DNA of 61,128 nucleotides, the filler included, from Dugesia japonica (taxonomy: Eukaryota): the NCBI GenBank assembly GCA_001938525.1. It is 6 parts of 6 records of this genome, joined end to end, with 100 filler letters (N's around TTAATTAATTAA, not from the genome) between each part and the next. Parts side by side here need not be neighbours in the genome. Positions count along the whole stretch, not along the records: positions 20,016 to 32,593 come from MQRL01573047.1; positions 32,694 to 43,488 come from MQRL01598060.1; 4 more parts are not named here. One strand, given 5' to 3'. A program made the position numbers and the translations under genes. Positions 22,385 through 34,779 of the stretch are shown in pieces; positions within the stretch are counted from its first letter, which is position 1, and each line of letters opens with the position of its first letter. The notes below the pieces were generated by a model. That model worked only from the letters and a program-made list of their open reading frames with translations. It made no database searches and was not told where the DNA came from.

Positions 22385-23420
22385 GAAAAGTTATGTCCAT
22401 GACATTTTTCTTGTTTTTGAAAATCACTCTCAAGTACATCCGTTTTTGGAGTATATGAATAACTTGCATCCAAATATAGGCTTTAAGGTTGACGAAAAGA
22501 TCAATTCAACTATTTTATTTCTTGATTTGCTTATTGAAAGAAAGAATACTTCATTTGAAACAGAGATATATAGTAAGAAAACTGATACCGGTTTGTTTAC
22601 AAATCCTGCCAGTTTTAGTGACATAAAATATAAAAGTAATATGATTAAAGGACTAATTCATCATTCTTGGTCTCCCTCTTTTAGTTTTATCAAAGCAGAC
22701 AAGAGTCTAAAAAAATTAATTGACTTACTTCATCATAATGGGTACTCTAAATTGTTTACGCACAAATTAGTTTAAGAAACTTTGAATAAACTTAATAGTG
22801 ACTTGTCTCGTGTTTATGTATCTGAGGTTGAAGAAACGGATCCTAAAATTGTTTTATCTTTACCTTATTCTGAAGGCGTTAAAAATTCAAACTTTCGATT
22901 GAAAATGCTCTTAGGAATATTTAAAATATAAAGGTTGTATCTCAATCTCATAAGGTTATAAAAATGTTCATTAATATATCTATGACCCCTTGTGCTCTGA
23001 TCTGGTCTATCATTTTAAATGCTATGAATGTAACGCCCCATACATTGGAGAGACTTCTCAACATCTCTGCACCAGAGTTCAAGAGCATAGTCGAAGTAGT
23101 TGAAATAGCAATATTGTTGAACATCAAAGAAAATGTATAAAATATATATGGTTTTCTGATTTTAAAATCTTGCCCAGTGAATTTAATAACTATTGGGAGA
23201 GAGGGATGTGTGAAGCTCTTTTGATAAGGGCATTAAATCTTAAAATTAATGTTCAGTTGACGGATTCAACATCGCTCTTAACATTATTTTATTGATTATT
23301 TATTGAGATGGCACAATTTGAAAATATATAATCATTTAAACTTTGTAAATAGTTTGTTTTAATATTCTTTAATTGTTTGATGATGACGGTTATTCAGTCG
23401 AAATTGATAGCAAATAAATA
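22385..23420 (+). mobile_element. 5'-truncated Penelope-like retroelement (RT C-terminal half, GIY-YIG, 3' pLTR-like end)
   Basis: YVHDIF..FLEYMNNLHPNIGFK..ILFLDLLI..YSKKTDTG, NGYS, LVYHFKCYECNAPYIGETSQHLCTRVQEH, and EALLIR..KIN. Confidence 0.92.
23372..23416 (+). ncRNA. Degenerate minimal type I hammerhead ribozyme at the PLE 3' end
   Basis: TTGT-TTGATGA-T-GACGG(TTATT)CAGTC-GAAA-TTGA-TA-GCAA: core (C>T)UGAUGA/GAAA, stem II, near-palindromic loop III, stem I. Confidence 0.6.
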
Positions 23421-23639
23421 TTTTAAAATATGGTGTTCAATTAAATATCAAATTTGTGAATTTCAATGAGATTTCCGTGGTAATTCTGATTCCTTTAATT
23501 AATGTAGCTATATTAATTTTAATGTTTGTTGTAGCCAAACGCAGTAAATTTGATAACGATTTATTCGTCATGGAACTTCTATATTTAGATTTTAACTTTT
23601 ATTAGATATTTAACTTTTCATGAAATAATGTATTACATA

Positions 23640-24978
23640 ATGTATATATGTTTTTTGGAAAAATTATTCGCAAGCCGAGGTTTGGACAGCTCTGACCTAG
23701 ATGATATTTTAATTTTTTCTGAACTATTAAATATTACTAAAAGAAAATTGATAATGTTTCGAAATGTATAAATGAACTCGGTTTATAAATAAGTTATTCT
23801 GAATGTCATTTCACGAAAATCTGGATAAAATTTAAAAGTCATATTATTAATTCAAAGGAGTTCATATTGATAACGAAAATATTGAAGCAATATTTAGTTT
23901 TAAAACCCAAAATTGTGCTAAAAAGTTGAAAAGTTTTTAGGCCTCGTAAATTATTATAAGGGATGTATAAAGGACTAAACAAAATATTCACAATGCTTAG
24001 AAAATCTCTGTGATAGAAGCCAAAAAAAATTATACTTGGCTGATGAGTGTGATAATTCCTTTAACAATTTGAAACCTGAACTAATGGAAACTCCAATTTT
24101 AGCTTTTTCTAATTTTTTTAAAGAATTTATATTGGGTACTGGTGTCAGTTTTGATAAAATTGGTGCAGTCTTAAGTCAAAATATTTAGTTGGATCGCTTA
24201 GAACCACTTGAAATGAAAATGTACATTGGAAAATATATATCACCATTGTTTTTGGAAAAAGAATTTCACAAGAATGGAATAGATCAATTTAAAAAGTACA
24301 TCTCATTAACGCCAATAATTGATCAAGCTTAAAAAATTGTAGCAAAATACACTAAAAAAACTGTGTTTTTTGAGATTTGTGTCACTTAAAGTTATTATAC
24401 GTGATATAAAAAGATCATTTGAATCGAATTAGATTAGAGAATTACCAGAAATACATGGAATAGAGTTAAAACTTTAGTATAGTCCGTATCATTTTTCTAG
24501 TAATGAACAAATGGATAAGCAATTTCGAATTATAATAGATTACATTCACATAACATTACAAGATAAAAGAAATGAAGATTGGACAAATGTACTCCCAGAA
24601 GTAAAATTTGAAACATTTTCCATAAATTTTAGATATTAATGTACATCAAAATTGGAAACTGTTTTTGGAAAAGAAATTTCACAAGAATGGAATATTTATG
24701 AAAATGTAGAAGACAATCAAAGAAATACAGTACATAATAGTATTGATCAAGATAAAATTAATCACAGCACGTATGGAATTACAAGAAGACATTCTGAAAT
24801 TTGAAACAAAGTTTTAGTTAAAACTATTGCCACTAATAAAGTCAAAGATAGATATGAAAGCCCAATAATAAATAATAATAATAAATAGATATGATAGAGT
24901 TTATCAAATAAAATTTGAAAATGGTAAAATAGTTTGATAGTTATAAAAAATGTAGGGATTAAAGCCTTTAAGGGGGCC
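23640..24978 (+). mobile_element. Highly degenerate, internally deleted Ty3/Gypsy pol remnant
   Basis: LDDILIFS, SFLGLVNYY, FDKIGAVLSQ, SPYHFSSN, DWTNVLPEV and KDRYESP, ending at a G-run PPT-like site (TTTAAGGGGG). Confidence 0.8.
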
Positions 24979-25008
24979 ATAAAAATATTTTATACATATT
25001 ATAAATAA

Positions 25009-25209
25009 CTAGCCATACTTGGCCTCGCGTTGCTGTGGCTCAATTCGGTTAAATTAAATGAAAGAATGAATACGTTTCTAATATATTTAATTTTACAATG
25101 CTTGTGAATATACAATATGTTTTGTTGTTCAATTGTTTGTGTTGATTTAAAGATTGCATGGAGTTTTTTGATTTTGAACAAACGAACATTTAAATTTTTA
25201 TTTATATAG
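25009..25209 (-). mobile_element. Non-autonomous Helitron, same family as 7338-7566
   Basis: Shares both termini (CTAGC.ATAC..GGCC..CGTTGCT.TGGCT and AACAAACGAACATTTA.ATTTTTATTTATATAG). Confidence 0.72.
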
Positions 25210-26117
25210 TGAAAAGTTATATTGTGAAAAGTTACAACTTCTACACATCTCCCGATCAACAATCAGAAGTTAGTTCTATTCTGTCTTTCTCTTTAACAAA
25301 AGGTTATACTGAATTCACTCCTTAAAAATAGACAGTAAATCAAAAATGTTTTTATTATAATGGAAAACCTGACTTAACTACTTGACTTTAGGGGACCTGA
25401 AATCTCCATCATCCTAGGACCACAAAGTTTAAATCTAGCACTGGTAGTGGCCATTTTTTATAGATTTATCAAATCATGAAAAGTTTATTGTAGCTATCTA
25501 TGGAAGTAAATTTCACTTATTCCTAACCAGTTTTTATAAATTAGATCTACAATTTATTATTTACATGACAAGAATTTAGAAAATATTAGGAATTAAGAAA
25601 GATAAAAATAATGTTTAAAGTGGTACAATGTGATGATGATTTCCTCTGATAAATAAATAGGATTACATGTAGAAATTGTGATAGTAATTAGATGTATGTT
25701 GGTTTTTAAAGATTATTTGGAGTATAAAATCCTGTACTAAGTAGAATGAAATATGCAGAGAAAGACAAATGAGAAACCAATTTTTCAAATGAGCCTAAAG
25801 ATTCCAGTTAACAAAATATTTTATTGATATAATTAATTTTGCAACCAGCAACAGTGAAATCGCGATTTTCAATATTTATCGATGTAATTATTCTAGTAAT
25901 TAAAGCTGATGTTACACTTTCATCAAAACAATCTTAGTAAAAATCACATGCTCGTAATTCCCAGGCACATAGTATTCGTAATATGGAAAAAAATGTCGTA
26001 TTTTTATATTAATAAATCGATTTCCATCTTTATGCAATCAAATCGGGTTTTGTCTAGATATCGTTGTAATATATCCAACAATTCATTATATTTCCTGTTC
26101 CTGAAATTATATTTGAT

Positions 26118-26151
26118 GTTCCTGAAGAAGACTATTGTCGAAAATTTGAAC
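26118..26151 (+). ncRNA. Minimal type I hammerhead ribozyme motif
   Basis: GTTC-CTGAAGA-A-GAC(TATT)GTC-GAAA-AT-TT-GAAC: intact core, perfect 3-bp stem II and 4-bp stem I, palindromic AAATTT in place of stem III. R1 follows it. Confidence 0.65.
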
Positions 26152-26684
26152 TTTTTTTACAAATAAATTTTGTTTTGTTTTGATNNNNNNNNNNNNNNNN
26201 NNNNNNNNNNNNNNNNNNNNNNNNNNNNNNNNNNTTTAATGAAATCTCAAATCCGATCAATGGTTAAGTCCAACAATTTTTCTCACAATAATTGTAATTA
26301 TAAAATTTATTATAAGTAAAAATTGTTTTATTATTGATATTATTGAAAATCTCTAAAATATGAAGATATGAAACAAACAATCCTAATCGAATTCGCATTA
26401 AATTTTCAATTTCTGGCCATCATTTGTAATCTTTAGATATTTCCATTCAGATATTAATAATTAGAAATAATAAAATGTATGTTAAAATATTAAAAATGAA
26501 ACAAAAATTAAATTATTTTAACTTATATTATTGTTATCAACTTTTGATATAATAAATTTATTTAAATTAGATTTAAAAATATTTTTATGTCAAATAATAT
26601 TAAAACAAAACAAATTTCACAAGGAATTAATTAAGATCAATTAAAAAAATTTGCTTAGGAATATTAACATATAATAGTTATATA

Positions 26685-26806
26685 TGAACATGTCTGGATT
26701 TGAATGCAAGATTGTATCAAAGTTGCAAGGCAATCATTGAAAGACTTTCGGAGTTTTTCGGTTTTGAACAAGCGAATATTTACATTTACATTTTTATTTA
26801 TGTAGA
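26685..26806 (-). mobile_element. Truncated copy (5' part) of the non-autonomous Helitron
   Basis: Matches 7465-7566 (CAAGG..ATC..TGAAA.ACTTT.GGAGTTTTTCG..TTTACATTTTTATTTAT.TAGA). Confidence 0.65.
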
Positions 26807-27259
26807 TTATTAAAATCGTATGTTGCATAATTATTATTTGACTGTGAGTTTAAGCATGTTGAATAATAGATCAATGTTTGTTTGCTGATTGAGGTATTTT
26901 AATTGCTAAAATCATAACTGCATATATATTTTTATTTTTTTTCTAGATTTTCTTTAAAAATTATTATGGATCTCAAGCAGTTTTCCAACAATAATAATAA
27001 GTGAAATTGAATACAAATTTTTAATAGTTTTAACATTACAATTATTGCTAGAATAATTTTTGGACTTAATCATTGATTATATTTGAAATTTCATTAAAAA
27101 AATTGATAATTTTATTTATTTATTTATCGTAAAAAATTGATAACACCAATTTATCTTGGACCTTCTTCTCCCCCTTGTTAACAAATATCAAACTATAAAT
27201 TTTGGTGACATAATTAATGTATTACCAATAATAAATTAAATAATGTGGCTTATTTTTGC

Positions 27260-28171
27260 GAAATATAAAGAAAATGGATGTCCCCGAACTATCAGTGAAA
27301 TATTTGCAAAATTTCATGGCTTATAAGTTTATGCAGCAGCAGAAACCACATGCAATATTAATGATGTTTTTACAGAGCAACGTTGTATGAATGGAAGGTA
27401 AAAAGTTTAGTTTGGTAGCATTTTGACCTTGAAGATGAGCTAAGATAAAGAAGGCTATTTGTCATTTACAATAAAAACAAATTCTTTGCAATTTTTTAGA
27501 AGATGACTTTCGAATGACCCTAGTTGAGATCATAGAACAATTAAAGGAACTTAGATTAACAATATTTGACCATCTAAAAGCAATTGGTTAAGGAAGCATT
27601 GAAGGAAAATTGGTGCCTTATCTATTGACTAAAATGAATGAAATGTAATGATTACCCATCAGCAATCTTTTGTTTTTCTTAATCTAATTGTCATCGATGA
27701 TGAGAAATGGAAATAATGCAATAACCCTAAAACCAACCAAACTTTAAAATCAACTCCAAAACCATAAATCCAAGGAAAACAGATATTTACATTGAATTCT
27801 CAACTATGAAGTGCTGGCTTACACCGTAAAAGTTACTCTCCAGGAAGCCATGGATTTTATCTGGGATATTCTTTCTAATCCTCCATATTTTTTAGATATA
27901 GAAACATCTGACAACCAATTATTATGGTTAAAACAACATTTTCTTTTTTGTAATAAATTTGAAGACCACGATGATATTACGAAAGAATTCGTCGAATTTT
28001 CCAACTTTGAGGAAGAAGATTTTTACAAAAGAGGAATTGGAAACTTGGTTTCCCACTTGCTACAAGTAAAAGAACGGGACGGAGACGCTATTGATGATTT
28101 AATAAATTATTGTACTCATAAATTTTGATTTATTAAATAAAAACGGGAATTACTTTTCGGACGACCTATTA
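27260..28171 (+). mobile_element. Degenerate mariner transposase remnant (different family from 6151)
   Basis: AAETTCNINDVF, FDLEDELR, HLKAIG..KLVPYLLT (WVPHEL), IVIDDEKW (TGDEKW), ILSNPPYFLDIETSDNQL (HPPYSPDLAPSDYHL), FYKRGIGNL. TIR-like 3' end ..GGAATTACTTTTCGGACGACCTATTA. Confidence 0.88.
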
Positions 28172-28819
28172 AAATGAACAGAAATTCTAGTACGTGATAT
28201 AGAATGGTCAGTGTTTATTTTCTTTTACTTATTTGAGTTTAGTATATGGTTGATATAATAAAGCATTTTGTAAGGTGTTAATTGACTATCTTTGAGTTAA
28301 TTCTCTAAATGGTGTCTTTTATTCGATTACATGCATTTTTTATGTTTAATGTCATTAATCCTTTATTAATTTATTTATTAAAATTAAAGAATATACATTA
28401 ATAACCATTATTTTTATTGACAAACATGACTTTTTGAAAGTATTTTTAAATGACACACTTCTCTTGAAACTTTCATTCAAATATAGATAGTTTTCATTTT
28501 ATTTACTCGACCATAATTCTGATTTGGGCTCTTGAATTATTTTATGTTTTATGATATTTTAAATATTTTATACTAGCATCATAAATTTGATAAAGGTTGT
28601 GTTGGAACGTTTTTACATTTTTTAAACATGCGCAAGAATAAATTCGAAATTAAGTATTACTCCTTTATTTTCAAGTACTGTCATTTTACAATTACTTGTA
28701 TAATATATACTTTTGTTTCTCTTATTTTTATTTCCAAATTTTAATTAAACAGATTTTATTTAAATATTATATTTTATTGATTTAATTTATTTTGATTCAA
28801 AGTATTTTAAAACCAACCG

Positions 28820-30715
28820 GAAAGTAATAAATTCTTTTGTGCTTCATATTCCCACGAGATCTTGGTCAACTTCAAGACATCTTGAATGAGAGTAGACTAT
28901 ATCGTCATCTGAAATCTTCTAATTCAATAAATCTAAAAAATATCAAAATCCGCTTCACGAAGCAATCGTTTATCTACGAAGTTTGACACTGTTTAACTTC
29001 TAATTGAGCGTGGAGAACTAGATTAGCCTGGTGACCTTTTTTCTCAGTGTAGAACTTTAGAATAACGGATTTTCTGTACCAGAATCATGATACCAAGTCA
29101 AGAGCTGAACCGAGCACACATGTAACTCTCCTATTCAGCATAAATTTATTCTACTTTTTTGAATATGTTTGAGTCAGAAACTTTCACCTGCATTATAAAT
29201 CTGAACTAATATTCTCTAACATTTATAATGTTTTATTTATTTAACTCTTTAATTTAGTCTTTATCATAAATGAGATTTTATAATTATCGATTAAATTTTC
29301 TAAGTCGGCTTAACAATAGGGTTTATCAAAACTGTTTAACAGTAACAGTAAAACATGTTTTTTGAATAACTGTTTTGATAGTTTATATGTCTTTTTTCAA
29401 AATGTTCTACAACTCCAATTATAAAAATAACAATAAATTTAATAGATATTAAATATAGATATTAAATATTCAAATAGCATTTATGATCGATCATGAAATT
29501 TTTATGGAAAGAGATTAAAATTTAAAAGTGAATTATTAATTTAAATAATCAAAGAAAAACAATATGTTTCGACATAATATCAGTATTCTTCAAATACAAT
29601 ATTTAATCCTTTTAAAAATGCTTTTATATTAAAATTTCTGATTGTTGGGACAAAACCCAACCAATTCGTTCATAAAAATAAAAGCTATAAAATAGAAAAA
29701 TANNNNNNNNNNNNNNNNNNNNNNNNNNNNNNNNNNNNNNNNNNNNNNNNNNNNNNNNNNNNNNNNNNNNNNNNNNNNNNNNNNNNNNNNNNNNNNNNNN
29801 NNNNNNNNNNNNNNNNNNNNNNNNNNNNNNNNNNNNNNNNNNNNNNNNNNNNNNNNNNNNNNNNNNNNNNNNNNNNNNNNNNNNNNNNNNNNNNNNNNNN
29901 NNNNNNNNNNNNNNNNNNNNNNNNNNNNNNNNNNNNNNNNNNNNNNNNNNNNNNNNNNNNATACTTACAAGAATTTGTGGGAAATTATTGTAAATTTTAG
30001 TCGAAAGGCAGCCAATAGAAAGACAAATCTGAACCAGAATTACTATAAAAAGGGCTAAAAAATAGGCAAACTTACCCTTATCAATCTCGTTAGCTTGAAA
30101 CATCAATCCACGTTCATCATAGCAGATCTACAAAAATTTCAGAAATAGTTTCAATTTTAAAAAGAAAAATTCACTTACGAAGAAATTTTAAATTCATTCC
30201 AACCAATCAGAACAATAATTAAGATTTTGATTTCTTTCCAAAACCCATATTAAAGTTTTAAAAAAATTATTTGAAACATCTTCGTTGATTCCCAAAATTG
30301 ACAATCGTTTGACAATCAGAATCTTCCTTATCCAGGCCATTAAATCGCTGCTTCAATTATCTAGAAGAAAACAGATAATTACTTTTAAAATTTCTACATA
30401 CTTACTCGGTAAGAACATCAATTCAGATCAGAAGCGGTTGTCACTTGAATCGATATTCCAAATGATTGCTTATCGAAATCTCCTATAAATACTCACTCTC
30501 CAGAGTATCAGATCAGACAGAAATTCTTAAATTTCCGATTCATTTCAATCGTTGCAAGTAGAAGCCGTCAACTTTATCTATATCTCATAAAGCTCGCGTC
30601 AGTCTATCGTCATTATCCAATTCTCCAAGAAGATTTTGATCAATTTCCATCAGTTCAAATCCAGCTCTCATCCATCTATTATCACCTGTGCTCCCGTAGT
30701 TTTTTATTGATTCTA
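28820..30715 (-). pseudogene. Spliced minus-strand locus without an intact reading frame (pseudogene or lncRNA)
   Basis: Repeated GTAAG(T) donors (forward CTTAC at ~29964, 30071, 30174, 30401) with AT-rich short introns. Exons are richer in GC, but every frame has stops. Confidence 0.35.
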
Positions 30716-31254
30716 ATCGTAAGATGTATTTTATTTATTATTAGCTATTAAAATTTAGTTTTAAAAAATAATTTTTTATTTTTGTTTCTGATAATTAAAA
30801 TGAAATTTTAATGTATAAAATAAAAACTCGAATTCAATTCCAATAGTTTCAACTCTCTCGATTCTTAATGATTAATACTAACGATCGATATTATCCTTAT
30901 TACATTCGCCTGTTGTAACAAATTTTTTGAAACTTAAAAAGAAATATAGCCAATAAGAAAGTAAATATTAGATAACTCAATGCAAGATTTCTCTATTATC
31001 ATATGCTAACAAATATTGTTGAAAGGGATATATTAGGTCTGAAAATGAAAATTATTTTATTAAGACTTAAATTAAATAATTATTTTGTTTAAATTTTTAA
31101 CTTGGAAATGAATTTCCTGGGGTTTTCAGAAAAATTTTCAAATCGAAAATTTTTACAGTAATATTTTTTCAGGTAATATTTTTATGAAATAATTTTTTTC
31201 TAGGAAAGTTTTTTTGATGTAATATTTTCTATGAAGGTAAGTGATAATTTTTTT

Positions 31255-31478
31255 TACAATTGCAATTATTGCGAGAATAATTGTTGAACGTAACCATTGA
31301 TCGTTTTTCAGAATTCATTTAAAATAAAAGCTTCGATCAATTGTTTTTCGTTTATTGAGATTGATTCGATATTTCGCCAGGAGTTGTCAAGTCAATTGTC
31401 AAAAAGTCAATTCGAAATATCGAATAAATCTCAATAAACAAAAAAAAAATTTGACAGAAGCTTTTATTTTAAATGAAT
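31255..31478. repeat. Head-to-head inverted pair of R1 copies (~60-bp arms, 31312-31376 and 31413-31478)
   Basis: ATTCATTTAAAATAAAAGCTTC..GTTTATTGAGATT.ATTCGATATTTCG is mirrored by CGAAATATCGAAT.AATCTCAATAAAC..GAAGCTTTTATTTTAAATGAAT. Confidence 0.85.
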
Positions 31479-32593
31479 AATAATTTTTTGTTAAAATATT
31501 GTGGATCAAATATTTTTCCTCGCTATATTTATAATTTACCATAAAAAAGTTTTAAAAATTTAATTATATTGTTTGAAAATTGAATTAAAAATCTTTCGAA
31601 AATGAATTAAAACCCTTGAAGAGATATACCTAAAATAAGTGTTTTTATTTAATTTTCAAAAACAGTAAAAACGGTTGCTTTCTAAAACACTCCATTTTTG
31701 AAAAATCCTAATTAACAAGTATTTTATTAATAAAAGTTTATTTGTTATTTAAAGTTGATCAACATATTTTAAACTTTTAAAATCTTACTTTGAACATTGA
31801 TGGTTTGTGTTATTTAAATTGAAAACTGCTAATTCATTAATTTATTAGACTTATTTTCAAATTAAATATTAATTAAGATTCCAATGTGCTTGATTCACAT
31901 AATTTTATAATTAAATTTCATCTATTCAACGATAAATATAATATCTTGAGAATAAATAACGCAGCTTAAATAACAATTTCAAGGTGAATATAANNNNNNN
32001 NNNNNNNNNNNNNNNNNNNNNNNNNNNNNNNNNNNNNNNNNNNNNNNNNNNNNNNNNNNNNNNNNNNNNNNNNNNNNNNNNNNNNNNNNNNNNNNNNNNN
32101 NNNNNNNNNNNNNNNNNNNNNNNNNNNNNNNNNNNNNNNNNNNNNNNNNNNNNNNNNNNNNNNNNNNNNNNNNNNNNNNNNNNNNNNNNNNNNNNNNNNN
32201 NNNNNNNNNNNNNNNNNNNNNNNNNNNTATTATAATATTACAGTGAACTATGCTTAATGAGAAAATTTTTTTGTCCTCTAGAAGTGAATTTTCTCTTTAA
32301 GCAGAGTATTTGTATAAGAAAATTTGAAATTACACAAAACTGAACCTAAAAAAAGTATTTTTTCTCTTTAAAAGTGTTGTTTTCCAGAGTTTATTGTATC
32401 TATTAAAAGATGAGTTTTCCCGGGGTGCCTGAAAACCTTTATTCGGCTCTGCTTGTCATGATAACCAATATTATGTGCTAATTTCAATAGCTAAATCAAC
32501 TTAATATCTTTTTGCCGATATCCAACGGATATTCCATATTTTTATTGTGTGATTACCTGATCTTTATCTGTAATAGATCCATATTATTTGCAA

Positions 32594-32693
32594 NNNNNNN
32601 NNNNNNNNNNNNNNNNNNNNNNNNNNNNNNNNNNNNNTTAATTAATTAANNNNNNNNNNNNNNNNNNNNNNNNNNNNNNNNNNNNNNNNNNNN
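32594..32693. other. Artificial scaffold spacer
   Basis: N44-TTAATTAATTAA-N44. Confidence 0.95.
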
Positions 32694-32801
32694 ATTATTC
32701 TTTTATTGATTTGCCACAAAAAAATTCCCCGAATCAATCTGTCTATTTAATTTACCTCACATACATAATATGGAATATATTTTTTAACATAATATTTTAT
32801 T

Positions 32802-34213
32802 TTACATAATATATATTTTAATTATATTCTCGATTTCCTTAAAATTATTAACCAACAAAAGTTCAACCGAATCCGGTAAATGTTTTTGGAAATGACGATC
32901 ATCCGCTGGGAGTACTGATTCAAAATGAATATATATTACGAATGGCAGAGTGACGGTTTTAGAGTAATCTTTGAACTCTAAATCTTTCTCTGGCGGCATT
33001 GTATATAGCGTTATGCCAGTTTGTATTCGTTCGCAAATTGCTTGATGCTTCTCGTAAGCATTGTTGTCCCTGAATCTGTTTAGGCAATTTTTGCATCAGA
33101 TTGACTGTATTCGTTCCCGGTTCTTTTTGATATCCCGATTCATTAATCTATTGATATTCATTACCGCCGTGTAATGAAATCTGTTTCCATTTTCTAACAA
33201 TAATAAGTTTATTTTTTCTCCATCACAGACCGATGTAAGATGTCTAAATTTGGGTGTTGCATTACTACATCTTCAACAATCAGAATAACACGTTAATAGA
33301 TAAACCTGGATTTTCTCTCTCAAATTTGGGTATGTTGGTCAATTTCATAGGTAAATCTTCATAATCATATACTAGTTCCGACAAGTACTTACTATATTTG
33401 CTAGCTCTGCATTTATTGTTTCCAATTGAATTTTACTTAAGTTTAACTAATATACTATACAGGAAACATTTATTATCTGTGTTCTGAACATTTATAATAG
33501 CNTTTTTCTTGTCCAGTTTCCTAGGAGTTGTAATATAACTTGATATCAGTATTAGTAGTAGAATATAGTTGCAATTTTAGTTATTTTGAAATTCACTTCA
33601 AGGTTCTGCTCAAAATCCAACTTAATCCTATTTCATTTCCTATCTCAATTTTCTCATTTAGTGAATTTATTCCATCAATGAAAAATGTATCACTTAATGG
33701 AACGGCACGACTAGACACCGGACACGTTTTTATCTCCTCTTCTTTAACAAATTCGACATTGATGCCAAATTGTATTTTAACATCTCGTAGCTCCTCTATC
33801 GTCTTATTTAGTTGATCAGTCAATGAATTCGGTAAAACTATTTCTCTTGTATTCTATGATGAGATATCAACTTTTAAAATCTGGTGACGGCACAAATCAG
33901 TTTCAATCATCACATCGTTTATCGATCCTACAACAAAACACTCTTCCGTTACTTCATCCAAATCAATACTATCCAACACTGCGTCATATTCATCCACCAC
34001 TCGAAAATTGTTCCATTCTTTTAACTTTTGTTTTTTATTTGCCCGACCACTTATTTCATTATTTAAAATTGCTTTTAATAGTTTCTTTTAAATTAATGTA
34101 AACTTTTCTATGTGGTCTGAGTGCAATCTATAGAAATTTATGTATGTACCTAAATCTGCAGACTGACAAGTCGGACATATGTAATACTTTTTCTCAACAA
34201 ACGTTTTGCCCAT
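32802..34213 (-). pseudogene. Maverick/Polinton protein-primed DNA polymerase B (pPolB), N-terminal half, disrupted
   Basis: N-terminal CPTC..H..H zinc-finger-like segment, GLSWIL (cf. GSGW), SSYITTPRKLDKKxAIINVQNTDNKCFLYSIL, IPKFERENP, INLLLLE..HYTAVMNINRL, CKNCL..H...C, and LPFVIYIHFES (ExoI, cf. FVIYADFES). Confidence 0.9.
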
Positions 34214-34779
34214 AATATTTTTCCATTATATTATGGCAACCGTCTTTATTAGTAGAATCGCAACAATATTGCTTGTATGTTGCACATTGGTCTAAAAGTA
34301 ATATTTGATTTTAATTCTATGTTAAAGAATAATATTTGAAAGCAATTATTAATATATCAAAATGTTATTATTTATCTAATAATAATTAATTTATAATAAG
34401 TTGTATTTATAAATGAATCTGGTTTGGTAAATTTTTTTTTAAATTGTGACAAAATAATCAAATCATACTTGTTTAGAAGTAATTTGATTGGTTAGTCAAT
34501 CAAATTGTTGTAAAAAACTTTTCAGAAAATTTTAAACAATTACAACGTAACATATCTGGCAAAATAACTGCAATAACAAAGTTTTTAGTCACAAAGACAT
34601 AATGATGAAATTAACACAGCTTAATTAACAGCTTTGTAAATATATTTTTATAAATTTTAAAAATAATTAAAAATAATTAAAAATTGTTAAAAATAACTAA
34701 AAAAACAAATAATTAAATAAGATTACATTTTTATACATTTATTTTTTATATACAACATCTTTACCACAACCATAATGTA

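Noticed and set aside
30406-30715. Alternative genetic code (TGA=Trp), suggested by TGA at Trp-like positions here and in TEs
   Set aside because: Host exons (RPL31, Trx-like, USP) use TGG, and the 409-aa ORF has no in-frame stops. TGG>TGA is expected decay in dead AT-rich sequence, and TAA/TAG stops also occur.
20016-34213. One ~14-kb Maverick spanning the ATPase cluster and the pPolB at 32.8-34.2 kb
   Set aside because: An artificial spacer at 32594-32693 separates them, the DNA between is unrelated, and both carry the same pPolB N-terminal region.
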